A stretch of DNA of 64,000 bases, from the IMG/VR virus record IMGVR_UViG_3300011113_000265, positions 1-64,000 of that record; one strand, given 5' to 3'. Both the position numbers and the translations under genes were made by a program. Positions 1 to 8,195 of the stretch are shown here, piece by piece. The DNA is from a virus (lineage: Duplodnaviria > Caudoviricetes). Under the pieces are notes generated by a model. It was not told the origin of the DNA and did no database searches. It saw only the letters and a list, made by a program, of their open reading frames with translations. Positions within the stretch are counted from its first letter, which is position 1; each line of letters begins with the position of its first letter.

Positions 1-118
1 TGGCAAGATGCGGGGTTTGTTACTTCGTTTGACATATTCGTGTTTGTTTAAAAATTTGTACTACGTTTGTGGCTTTTCGGGTTAAAGTCCCGCACCTCGC
101 CAAACTGCGGAACGTTAA
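1..118 (-). repeat. Imperfect palindrome of attC/Flavo-1-like type, truncated by the window edge
   Basis: On the minus strand TAACGTT follows the stop of ORF 119..334. Arm TGGCGAGGTGCGGG (102-89) pairs with CCCGCATCTTGCCA (14-1), and both mismatches are G-T. An ATG at 35 inside the element starts a truncated ORF (MSNEVTNPASC...). Confidence 0.55.
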
Positions 119-334
119 TCAATCCCCATCCTCATCATTTATCTGATTGACTTTTGTATTACTAATTTTTAAGTATTCTATAATATCATTAACATTTTTA
201 TGTTTAATAATATTTTTATTATTAACTCCGTTAAAATAGTCATTTGAGCATTCTCTAGGAAAACCTGCCCATGTTTCAGTATATGGATTATAATGAAATA
301 CATATCCTTGTAGGAATTCTGCTTGTTTAGTCAT
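119..334 (-). CDS. Hypothetical protein
   Basis: 71-aa ORF, tightly packed with neighbours on the same strand. Confidence 0.7.
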   Translation of the reverse strand: MTKQAEFLQGYVFHYNPYTETWAGFPRECSNDYFNGVNNKNIIKHKNVNDIIEYLKISNTKVNQINDEDGD

Positions 335-335
335 A

Positions 336-743
336 TTATTTAGTTTTGATAATTTCTATTAGTTTCTTTAAACATTCAAGTTCTGCTTCTTCGTAAGTAT
401 CACATTTACCTGAACCATCATTAGGTATTGTAGGATTTAAGTCGTCTTTAGAGATAAACCACGCATATTTTTTGAGTACTTTATTATTTTTATTATCAGC
501 ATCTAAAGCTCCTTGAGGTAAACGTGTAATACTATGATGTGAATTATACTTCTCTCTAAACCATCTAAATGCTTGTTGGTATAGTGGAGCAGGTAGACAC
601 CATTCGTGCTCAAATGGTTTTAATAAATTAAATGTTGGTTTAGGAAGATATGGGTCTATGTTCCAATAACCAAAACAAGGCTCATCAAATCCAAGTTCTT
701 TAAGAGCAAGTACTTGTTCGTAAGGTATAAATTCATTTTCCAT
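336..743 (-). CDS. Hypothetical phage protein, paralog of 939..1439
   Basis: Likely start is MENEFIPYEQ at 743 (track ORF 336..824). Shares the LKExGF, APxxxxxxxW and terminal helix pattern with 939..1439. Confidence 0.7.
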   Translation of the reverse strand: MENEFIPYEQVLALKELGFDEPCFGYWNIDPYLPKPTFNLLKPFEHEWCLPAPLYQQAFRWFREKYNSHHSITRLPQGALDADNKNNKVLKKYAWFISKDDLNPTIPNDGSGKCDTYEEAELECLKKLIEIIKTK

Positions 744-939
744 ATTTACTATTATAATATTGTTCACATCTACCTTTATTAGGATCAAATCCTTGTGCTT
801 GCATACCTTCATAACAAGCATCAACTATTTGTTGTTTTTGTATTCTTTTAGCTTCTTTAAGAATAGCATACCATGTAAGCTTATCTTTTGGTGTATCCCA
901 AAGCTTTTTAAATAAATAATCAACTGCGGTCTGTTTCAT
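733..939 (-). CDS. Hypothetical protein (MKQTAV-type small phage protein)
   Basis: 68-aa ORF overlapping both neighbours. Confidence 0.7.
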   Translation of the reverse strand: MKQTAVDYLFKKLWDTPKDKLTWYAILKEAKRIQKQQIVDACYEGMQAQGFDPNKGRCEQYYNSKYGK

Positions 940-1439
940 TATATCAAATTGTTTAATGTGTAATTAATTGCCGCTTCGTATGATTCCGTTGGTGACTGAT
1001 AATTTTCTTTTTCAATTAAAGCAAAACGTTCATTTATCATAGAGTTGTAAGTTGTCTTATAATTTAACCATTTTTCATTTGGGTCATCTTCATATTCAAC
1101 ACCTTCTTCACCAAGTTCATCATCTTTTCTTGGTAAAATAGTTGAAAATATATCCCAATCAAACCAAATACCTGTATGGTCTTTACCCATTGTGAGTTCA
1201 ATCCAAATCCCACGATTCTTATACAACCACATTACTACTTCTGAGATGGTTGGTGCTGATGTATAGTGGTTCTTAACACTATTCCAATTGATAGGATTAT
1301 AATTGATTAAACCATCCACTTGTCTTTGTTTATCAAAAGGTGTAGATAATCTTTCATAATCATAAAAGTTAATCACTTTTAAATTAAATCCTTTTTCTTT
1401 TAATAATTTAGCTATTTCAAAACTTACTGGTGTGTTCAT
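939..1439 (-). CDS. Hypothetical phage protein, paralog of 336..743
   Basis: VSFEIAKLLKEKGF ... APTISEVVMWL ... YEAAINYTL. Confidence 0.75.
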   Translation of the reverse strand: MNTPVSFEIAKLLKEKGFNLKVINFYDYERLSTPFDKQRQVDGLINYNPINWNSVKNHYTSAPTISEVVMWLYKNRGIWIELTMGKDHTGIWFDWDIFSTILPRKDDELGEEGVEYEDDPNEKWLNYKTTYNSMINERFALIEKENYQSPTESYEAAINYTLNNLI

Positions 1440-1813
1440 ACTTCAAATTTTTTACAGGTTTCTTCAAGTGTGTTTGTTATTGATTTAGGGTCAACATCAC
1501 CATCAGTTTCAATTAAATCAGCATTTTCAGCAGCAGTTTCAAGAGCTTGTTTGATTACATTAGCTGTGTATTCGTTGAGCTGTTCGGGTGTAAATACAAA
1601 TGCTTCTTGTGGTTTAAGCCAATGAGTTATATCACTTTGTTTATAAGATAGACCTTGTTTAAAATGGTCAAATAATTTCCACTTGTGCATGTAATAAGCA
1701 AAGTCAAAGCCTCTTTCTTTATGTAGAATAGCTACTTTACTACTTTCATTTTCAGAAGGCAATTCATCTTCTACTTTTACAGGTAAATAAACTGTTTGTT
1801 TAGTTGGTGTCAT
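1436..1813 (-). CDS. Hypothetical protein with DUF551-like N-terminal pattern
   Basis: VKVEDELP ... ITHWLKP pattern; ATGA overlap with the next gene. Confidence 0.6.
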   Translation of the reverse strand: MTPTKQTVYLPVKVEDELPSENESSKVAILHKERGFDFAYYMHKWKLFDHFKQGLSYKQSDITHWLKPQEAFVFTPEQLNEYTANVIKQALETAAENADLIETDGDVDPKSITNTLEETCKKFEV

Positions 1814-2170
1814 ATATCAAGTTTTAATAATTAAAATGTAGAAAAGTATTATTTATAGCGCAGTAGGTTATAAAAAATACTGAGGTTAACATAATTACCA
1901 TAAAAGTTTGATATGTAAAATATATATCATTATCAATACATAGCAAATCATTTAGTGTTGTATCTAATAAAATGGTTATTAGTTTTAATGTTAAATAAGT
2001 AGATAAGCTACTTAATAAAAATATAATTAATAGTGTCATATATCAAGTTTTATTAGGTTTAACTAAACCATCTCTAACACATTTAGGAGGTCTTACATCT
2101 TTTGATACTATTCTCATAGCTTCTTGGACTATTAACCAAGTACAAGGTTTTTTCCATATATCAAGTTTTA
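1807..2170. repeat. Three direct copies of CATATATCAAGTTTTA at gene junctions
   Basis: Exact 16-mer at 1811-1826, 2037-2052 and 2155-2170. The first two extend to 20 bp (GTGT prefix). Confidence 0.9.
1824..2039 (-). CDS. Small membrane protein with two hydrophobic segments
   Basis: 71 aa, two hydrophobic stretches, bounded by the 20-bp direct repeats. Confidence 0.55.
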   Translation of the reverse strand: MTLLIIFLLSSLSTYLTLKLITILLDTTLNDLLCIDNDIYFTYQTFMVIMLTSVFFITYCAINNTFLHFNY

Positions 2171-2429
2171 AGTTTGAGATGTAGTCTTGTTTTCTTATTT
2201 CATCATCAATTAAATGTGCAAATTCACCTAGTTTTGGTGTATTTCCATCTACCCAAGCCTTTTCAATCTCAGGAATTAAAGGAGTAGATTGAAATAAGAT
2301 TTGTTTTAATTGTGTTATTTTAGCAAAGTTTCTTATGGAATCCTCTTCGTAAAACTCATTTTCTTTTTTCAACTCTTCTATTCTTTTCTCAATAGCTGTT
2401 TTGTTGATGATGATGTATTCGTCTTTCAT
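2043..2429 (-). CDS. Hypothetical protein, C-terminus probably extended by an insertion
   Basis: Likely start is MKDEYIIIN at 2429 (track ORF 2043..2585). It reads through a repeat copy at KLDI. Confidence 0.55.
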   Translation of the reverse strand: MKDEYIIINKTAIEKRIEELKKENEFYEEDSIRNFAKITQLKQILFQSTPLIPEIEKAWVDGNTPKLGEFAHLIDDEIRKQDYISNLKLDIWKKPCTWLIVQEAMRIVSKDVRPPKCVRDGLVKPNKT

Positions 2430-2493
2430 TTTATTTTGTATTAGAGTTATTAAAATTTCTTGTTGATTGATTAAATCTTCTGCTCTATATAAA

Positions 2494-2982
2494 TCAAACA
2501 TAATACAATGTTTTAGGTTTTTGTTCTTTCCAAAGTTGGAGGAGTTCCCAATATTGATAATATCTATTTTCTTCTTTACAGACATTATTTTCTATACAGA
2601 ATTTACCAAAGTTTTTCATATCTTCCTCACTAAAAGGATGTGTTTCTTGGGATTTGTTGTAGCCTAAAAAGAAACTTCTCCTATGATAAGGTGTAAAATT
2701 TGGTAATTCTTTATTTAAAATTTCATCAACTTTTATTTCAACCTCATCCACCACTTTAGGAATATCAATGTTTGGGTTAGTGGTTGCTATTGGTTTAGGT
2801 TGTGGAGATTTACACCATTCTTCTGTTAATAAAGATGAATTATAGATAAGTTCATTACCCATAATAAACAACTCATCTTCATTAATTATTCGATCACTTA
2901 TATAATAATCAAATCCATCAATAGTGACTTTATCACAAAGATGTTCTTCTTTTGTTTTGTTGTTTATTAATTTGTATTTCAT
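2494..2982 (-). CDS. Hypothetical protein
   Basis: 162 aa; FSEEDM module shared with the adjacent genes. Confidence 0.75.
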   Translation of the reverse strand: MKYKLINNKTKEEHLCDKVTIDGFDYYISDRIINEDELFIMGNELIYNSSLLTEEWCKSPQPKPIATTNPNIDIPKVVDEVEIKVDEILNKELPNFTPYHRRSFFLGYNKSQETHPFSEEDMKNFGKFCIENNVCKEENRYYQYWELLQLWKEQKPKTLYYV

Positions 2983-3755
2983 AGTTTATTTCTTTTTAAA
3001 TTGTTTAAACCATTTCTTAACATCAAAACCCAATTTAATGGAGATGTATTTCTTACAGCACTTCTATAATCAGATTGCTGTTTTAGTAATATTTTTAATA
3101 CTTCTTCCTCACTATACATTCTTTCTTGTTGCCATTTAGCACCAAATAAAACTCCCTCTCTCCATAGAGTATCATTAACCTCATCGTGATACCCATTTCT
3201 ACGCATTGCTTCTTCAAGTGTTTCTTGTTTAGGTTCTTCTTTCTTACCAATACCAATAGCTGCAATATTTCTTGCAATCTCTAATTTTGTCGATGTTTTA
3301 GGTTCTTCTTTTGGAATGATTATTTTGTAACCTACTTCACATAAATATTGTTTATCATAAGCACCTTTGCTTGGACAATTATCACCATGTTTACAAAAAG
3401 ATTCAACTTCAACCTCCTCACAACTTGGATTCTTTACAAACCATTCTAAAAACTCATCATCAATAGCTTGTACGCCATCTTTGATTAAGTCTGGGTCTGT
3501 TGTTAGGATTATTTTTTTATAAAAACTTAAAGTGTAACCATCATATTTAGAATTATCTTGTTTAAATATTTTATTATTTGAAATATTTAATACCCAATCT
3601 CCTTCTTTAATTTCTTCATCAGAAGTGATGTAGATGTGTTGATTTTCCCAATGAGAACCACTTGTAATTGATTTAGATAATATCAAATTACCCTTTGGTA
3701 TTGTTTTAAGTAATCTGGATGGGTTTTGTGTTGGTAGTATGTGTATGTTTTTCAT
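2979..3755 (-). CDS. Hypothetical modular protein
   Basis: 258 aa; EEPK repeats, CxxxxxC...C segment, YSEEEV module. Confidence 0.75.
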   Translation of the reverse strand: MKNIHILPTQNPSRLLKTIPKGNLILSKSITSGSHWENQHIYITSDEEIKEGDWVLNISNNKIFKQDNSKYDGYTLSFYKKIILTTDPDLIKDGVQAIDDEFLEWFVKNPSCEEVEVESFCKHGDNCPSKGAYDKQYLCEVGYKIIIPKEEPKTSTKLEIARNIAAIGIGKKEEPKQETLEEAMRRNGYHDEVNDTLWREGVLFGAKWQQERMYSEEEVLKILLKQQSDYRSAVRNTSPLNWVLMLRNGLNNLKRNKL

Positions 3756-4327
3756 TGTTTGAGTGTTAGTTTACCGTTAATAATATCTACTTCCCATTCG
3801 GTTTTTTGTAAGTGTTTTGTGATTCTTAAAAGATGTTCTTTTTTGTCGTTATGTGAGTAACATTTAAACCAGTTTTGTGATACGTTGTCAACGATATTAA
3901 TAACATCTTCCTCTGTATATTTCTTATCCTTGTTATCTTCAAGGGCTTGGGTGTAGCCTTTGAGAAATGAATGATATGCATCATATAATTCAGGATGAGC
4001 AATATCTTCATTATTATGTTGTTCATCTAAATGATTCTTCGCTCTCTTCTCCACATCCACCTTGCCAAGTAGTTCTTTGATTTCGGATAAAGGTAGTTCA
4101 ATTATTTTATGATAAACAAAGGGAATAGTACCATCTTTTGCTGCATAATATTGCTCAATTGGTTGTGTTGAGTGAGTGATTTTTATTTTATATCCTCCAG
4201 TAACATGATTATTACTACCAGTTCTTATTTCTTTTTGTTTATCATCCCAATAATAATCTGTTTCAGAGAAATCTAAGGAATTATCTACAACAATATAGTG
4301 GTCTGTGTTAATTTTTATTAGTTTCAT
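3752..4327 (-). CDS. Hypothetical protein
   Basis: 191 aa; YTEEDV module; ATGA overlap. Confidence 0.75.
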   Translation of the reverse strand: MKLIKINTDHYIVVDNSLDFSETDYYWDDKQKEIRTGSNNHVTGGYKIKITHSTQPIEQYYAAKDGTIPFVYHKIIELPLSEIKELLGKVDVEKRAKNHLDEQHNNEDIAHPELYDAYHSFLKGYTQALEDNKDKKYTEEDVINIVDNVSQNWFKCYSHNDKKEHLLRITKHLQKTEWEVDIINGKLTLKQ

Positions 4328-4328
4328 A

Positions 4329-5183
4329 TTAAAATATATATCTTATTGTGTTCCATGGTATTATTTTATTGTGTAATTCAATCCATTGATTAATAAATTC
4401 AGCTTTTAATTTATGGTTGTATCTAATATTTTCTCCACCATATTGAGATATTTTAAATTCTTGTATTTCTGGTTTCCATAATAAATGCTCACCTGATAAT
4501 TTATTATTTAAATTATAATGATGTTTACTTGCATTATGAGTAAGAAATATTACTTCACATTTAACTATATCTTTGTAATCTACATAAGTATTAACATAAT
4601 CAAATAAATCTTCATAATCTTGTAACCAATTATTATATACAACTACAGGACTAAAGTTAATATGTACATCATAACCTGCATCAATAAATGCATCAATAGC
4701 TTTGATTCTATCAATTATTTTAGAAGTATTAGGTTCTAACTCATCTGATATGTTTTGAGGCATTAAACTAAATCTAATACGTATTTTACCTTCAGGATTA
4801 AATTTAGTTAAATTAGGATTTACGTATTTAGTAGCTAAACTACCCATTGCTATTGGATGTTCTTTAAAGAATTGAAATATTCTTTCCCATTCATGATATT
4901 TAGCATGTAATGCAAAGTCTTCATTACAAGATAAATCATATGTTACATATTGATGATGAGTTTGATTAGGTTTATCTACACTAGCAAACCATGCATGATT
5001 ATTAATTTCTGTTAATATATCATTAGTATTTTTAGATATAGATAATCCAGTATGGTTATGTCTTTTCATATAACAGTAAGAACAATTATATAAACAGCCA
5101 TAACCAAAACTTGGACTAATAAAATCAGTAGACCTACCACTAGGTCTTATTAACATAGATTTCCTATTTATTTTCTTGATCAT
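4329..5183 (-). CDS. Radical-SAM protein, spore photoproduct lyase (SplB)-like
   Basis: GCLYNCSYCY gives the CxxxCxxC motif. ATKYVN, RIRFSLMP and EPNTS..DRI resemble SplB-family motifs. Confidence 0.8.
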   Translation of the reverse strand: MIKKINRKSMLIRPSGRSTDFISPSFGYGCLYNCSYCYMKRHNHTGLSISKNTNDILTEINNHAWFASVDKPNQTHHQYVTYDLSCNEDFALHAKYHEWERIFQFFKEHPIAMGSLATKYVNPNLTKFNPEGKIRIRFSLMPQNISDELEPNTSKIIDRIKAIDAFIDAGYDVHINFSPVVVYNNWLQDYEDLFDYVNTYVDYKDIVKCEVIFLTHNASKHHYNLNNKLSGEHLLWKPEIQEFKISQYGGENIRYNHKLKAEFINQWIELHNKIIPWNTIRYIF

Positions 5184-5364
5184 CTTTTACTAATGAACTT
5201 AAAAATATTTTCATTGTTCTACCACCATCTTGCATACTAATTTCTGCAATATCAAAATCACCTAACTCTTTATACAGAGTTAACATTCTACCAACAGAAT
5301 AATCATTTTTAGCATGATTAATTACTTCTATTCTTGTTATTTTGCTATCATCAATTCCTTTCAT
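5164..5364 (-). CDS. Hypothetical protein
   Basis: 66 aa, ITRIEVINH ... SMQDGGRTMKIF; overlaps neighbours. Confidence 0.7.
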   Translation of the reverse strand: MKGIDDSKITRIEVINHAKNDYSVGRMLTLYKELGDFDIAEISMQDGGRTMKIFLSSLVKDDQENK

Positions 5365-5888
5365 TACTTCATATTTTTAAGTTTATAAATATAACTACTA
5401 TCTTCAGCATATTTACCATCAATAGCTTTTAAATATCTATTTTGTATTTTTATATAATGTTCTAAACATTCAGTATAAGTATTATATACTCTATATTTAT
5501 TACCTTTTTTAATACCTAATAAGTTCTTATTAGTTTTAACTAATTTAGATGTATAATTACCTGATTCTAACTTAATTTGAGCTAATGCTACATTAGGTAA
5601 TATACAACCTAATTCTATTAATTTAACAGTAATAGCACTATCATTTAATTCAACATCTTGAACTTCATTAGTTTTAATAGTTTTAAATATTTTATAATCA
5701 TTAGCTGAATTACAAGTAAATACTAATAGAGTTATAACTGTTATTACAAGAAATAATGTAATTGCTGATACAACACTATCGTTATAGGTTTTACATTCAT
5801 TCTTACATTTTTTACAAATGTATTTGTTATCTACTATTTGTTTTACATTTTCATAGCAACAAGCTGATTTTAAAATTGGATTTTTCAT
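5364..5888 (-). CDS. Membrane-anchored glucosaminidase (FlgJ/GH73-like peptidoglycan hydrolase)
   Basis: Cys-rich N-terminus, one TM helix, then AQIKLESG, NLLGIK and YAEDSSY motifs. Confidence 0.7.
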   Translation of the reverse strand: MKNPILKSACCYENVKQIVDNKYICKKCKNECKTYNDSVVSAITLFLVITVITLLVFTCNSANDYKIFKTIKTNEVQDVELNDSAITVKLIELGCILPNVALAQIKLESGNYTSKLVKTNKNLLGIKKGNKYRVYNTYTECLEHYIKIQNRYLKAIDGKYAEDSSYIYKLKNMK

Positions 5889-5915
5889 TTTTATTATTTA
5901 TTAAATTTAATAATT

Positions 5916-5987
5916 TGTAGTCAGTAAGAGATTCGAACTCTTATTTCCTATCCTACAATAGGATGTTACCAATTACACCAACTGACT
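5916..5987 (-). tRNA. Degenerate tRNA-like element, anticodon not assignable (possibly GTA)
   Basis: Acceptor stem AGTCAGT/ACTGACT; D-arm GTGT-AATTGGTA-ACAT; T-arm AAGAG-TTCGAAT-CTCTT. The anticodon arm CCTAT-TGTAGG-ATAGG has only a 6-nt loop. Confidence 0.6.
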
Positions 5988-5989
5988 AT

Positions 5990-6167
5990 GTTGCTCTTTA
6001 TTCTCCTACCCTTTTATATCAGAGCCAACCTGCTTATCTTTAAATACGAGTTTCTCAAGGGTACAGGTTGTTTGAGAATGAGAAGTCCTCTGTGTTGTTA
6101 GGATAGTGACTATGTGGTTTTAGTATCTACCTACTCCATTATATTCCTTTCTCAAGGGAACAACACA
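5990..6167 (-). ncRNA. Candidate structured RNA with two CCCUUGAGAAA units
   Basis: Stems 6159-6167/6091-6099 and 6063-6070/6026-6033. 11-mer repeated at 6148-6158 and 6051-6061. Two complementary UUCUCA copies at 6072-6084. Confidence 0.5.
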
Positions 6168-6174
6168 TTAATTA

Positions 6175-6200
6175 AGAGAGTAGTATTTCTACTACTCTCT
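6175..6200 (-). terminator. Hairpin (terminator or processing site) after 6210..6809
   Basis: Perfect 11-bp stem AGAGAGTAGTA/TACTACTCTCT, GAAA loop on the minus strand, weak U-tract. Confidence 0.6.
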
Positions 6201-6209
6201 ATTAATTGA

Positions 6210-6809
6210 TTAAGCTAAAGACTCTAATACAGCTTTAGTACTAGCTGCTACAGTAGCAGTAGGTACAGATACTTTAGTTTCAACTCTCATATCTACATCA
6301 CCAAATGCATTAGCATTAGCAGATTCTTTATGATTAGTATAATCATTTACAAAGAATCCAGTAGAATACTGAACAGGTTGAACTACATTACCAGCACTGT
6401 CTTTAATTACATGCTTATCTTGCAACTGTTCTTTAGTTACAATACCAGCACTTAGAGCATACTTTTGCTCATCTGTTAATACATCAACAAGTTTATTGCT
6501 GTATTTCTTGCAGATTCTAGCTTTAGGTTTAGTAGCAAGCATTGCTTCTACTTGTTCTTTAGTTACACCATTTGGAACTAATACCCATGCCATACGAGTA
6601 CTCTTGTACTCAGTTCCTTCGATATTAAATGCTTCAATATCAAATAAACTATCAGACATACTATTTTCTACTTTCTTACCTGGATAAGTAGTAATAATTG
6701 TTTGTCTAATTTGAGCTTGTTTAAATTCAGGCCCTTTTAATGAATCTACAATACCATCTACAGTAATTGCGTTAAATTCTTTGCTGATTCCATTTACAGT
6801 TGTTTTCAT
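6210..6809 (-). CDS. Hypothetical protein, probably highly expressed
   Basis: 199 aa with a low-complexity Ala/Thr/Val tail, followed by a hairpin. Confidence 0.8.
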   Translation of the reverse strand: MKTTVNGISKEFNAITVDGIVDSLKGPEFKQAQIRQTIITTYPGKKVENSMSDSLFDIEAFNIEGTEYKSTRMAWVLVPNGVTKEQVEAMLATKPKARICKKYSNKLVDVLTDEQKYALSAGIVTKEQLQDKHVIKDSAGNVVQPVQYSTGFFVNDYTNHKESANANAFGDVDMRVETKVSVPTATVAASTKAVLESLA

Positions 6810-6840
6810 CTTGATTTAGTTTTAATAATTAATAATTAGT

Positions 6841-7203
6841 TTAATAGTTTGGTTCTTGTATAGCAATTTTAACTGCTTGTTTAAACTTTTGTTGAAATTT
6901 AGGAAACTTAATAAACATAAAACAATCGGCTAGTTCATTTCGATGATTTAGTTCAATTTTAAATGCATCTAACCATTTTTTGCTATTACGCCCATTAATT
7001 TTATTTTTAGGCTTATTTTGTAATTGTTTAATACAACTTCTGATATGATTGGTATCCATATATTTTAAATATGTATCACCCCATTTCCAGTTGCTAGAGC
7101 TACTAAACTTTCTAACAATACCACTTTCTTTTTGATAAATGCTAGAATTTAGTTTAGCAAATCTTTCTTTAGGACTCATCTGAGTCTGTTGCGTATTTTT
7201 CAT
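6841..7203 (-). CDS. Hypothetical protein
   Basis: 120-aa basic ORF. Confidence 0.7.
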   Translation of the reverse strand: MKNTQQTQMSPKERFAKLNSSIYQKESGIVRKFSSSSNWKWGDTYLKYMDTNHIRSCIKQLQNKPKNKINGRNSKKWLDAFKIELNHRNELADCFMFIKFPKFQQKFKQAVKIAIQEPNY

Positions 7204-7411
7204 TGTTTTCTAATTGTTTTATATCAACAATATTTTGCTGATTAGTTTGTAATTCATTTTCTGATTTAGTTTTCCAAATAGGTAGTCTATTAACACAGAT
7301 ACCAATAGGAAGGTATAAAATACCTCCTATTGATTTTCCGTATTGCTTTAAATCAGACCATTTGCTAGCTTTAACAGTTAGCTTTGTATCTATATTTAAA
7401 GGTTCTTTCAT
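7169..7411 (-). CDS. Hypothetical protein
   Basis: 80-aa ORF overlapping neighbours. Confidence 0.6.
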   Translation of the reverse strand: MKEPLNIDTKLTVKASKWSDLKQYGKSIGGILYLPIGICVNRLPIWKTKSENELQTNQQNIVDIKQLENNEKYATDSDES

Positions 7412-7692
7412 GCTACTTTAAGTACTATGTTGAACATTAATTTTCTTTTGTATCCAACAATAGCTTCAATAAATTGATCTCTTAAAGTTTTATTGTAACC
7501 ACTCAATTTAGCTTTTTTAATAAGAGCTCTTTCATTTTCAGATTTAGCTTCTCTTAAATCAGTTAATGGTAATAGGTGAGGAGGTCTAAGTCCTTCTTTA
7601 ACCATTTGAGCATCATTAGAGCAATTAACTTTTAATTTAGCTAATTCAGGATCGTTTGGGTGTCTCAATACAGATTTCATGTTATTCTTCAA
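7408..7692 (-). CDS. Hypothetical protein
   Basis: 94-aa ORF, ATGA overlap. Confidence 0.65.
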   Translation of the reverse strand: MKNNMKSVLRHPNDPELAKLKVNCSNDAQMVKEGLRPPHLLPLTDLREAKSENERALIKKAKLSGYNKTLRDQFIEAIVGYKRKLMFNIVLKVA

Positions 7693-7873
7693 TTAATTGG
7701 TTAATAATTTCTTGTTCACTATTTAGAATTTCTCTTATATCATATAATTGTTCTTCTAAATCAGCTTTTTGTTCTAAAAAGTCTTCTTCAGTAATACCAA
7801 TCATTTGATCATAATCAGATTGTAGTGAATCAATTTGATTTTGTAAGTCTTTTTCTAATTCAGATGCTGTCAT
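7682..7873 (-). CDS. Small acidic coiled-coil protein
   Basis: 63 aa, D/E/Q/L-rich heptad pattern. Confidence 0.65.
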   Translation of the reverse strand: MTASELEKDLQNQIDSLQSDYDQMIGITEEDFLEQKADLEEQLYDIREILNSEQEIINQLIEE

Positions 7874-7889
7874 GTTATTTGTTTTAAGG

Positions 7890-8114
7890 TTAATAATTAG
7901 ATTTTAATACGTGGTCAATGTAAGTGCCTGCAAATATTGTACCTATGAATGTTGCTACCCAAAATGGAGGACAACATACTGTACAATCTACAATTGTGTA
8001 ATCTGTACCAATAGCTACAAAGAATGCAATTACAAATGGTACTAATGCACCTAAGAATAGGATAGATAGCAATACTACAGTTGCTTCTAATACTTTGTTT
8101 AATAGTGTTTTCAT
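7890..8114 (-). CDS. Small membrane protein with two TM helices
   Basis: Two hydrophobic helices with a CTVCC loop. Confidence 0.65.
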   Translation of the reverse strand: MKTLLNKVLEATVVLLSILFLGALVPFVIAFFVAIGTDYTIVDCTVCCPPFWVATFIGTIFAGTYIDHVLKSNY

Positions 8115-8173
8115 TGTGCTATATGTTTAGATGGTTAGTTTTTGATGGTTGTATGTAGATAGACAGATAGATA

Positions 8174-8191
8174 AAGGGGATTGCTCCCCTT
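8174..8191 (-). terminator. GC-rich hairpin after the 59-aa gene
   Basis: AAGGGGA-GCAA-TCCCCTT on the minus strand. Confidence 0.6.
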
Positions 8192-8195
8192 ATTA

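Noticed and set aside
1807-2170. Triple 16-bp repeat as a mini CRISPR array
   Set aside because: The repeat is too short, the intervals are 226 and 118 bp and one contains a gene, and no cas operon is present.
2467-4026. Alternative-frame ORFs 2467..2667, 2924..3139, 3095..3277 and 3826..4026
   Set aside because: They overlap better-supported, translationally coupled genes.
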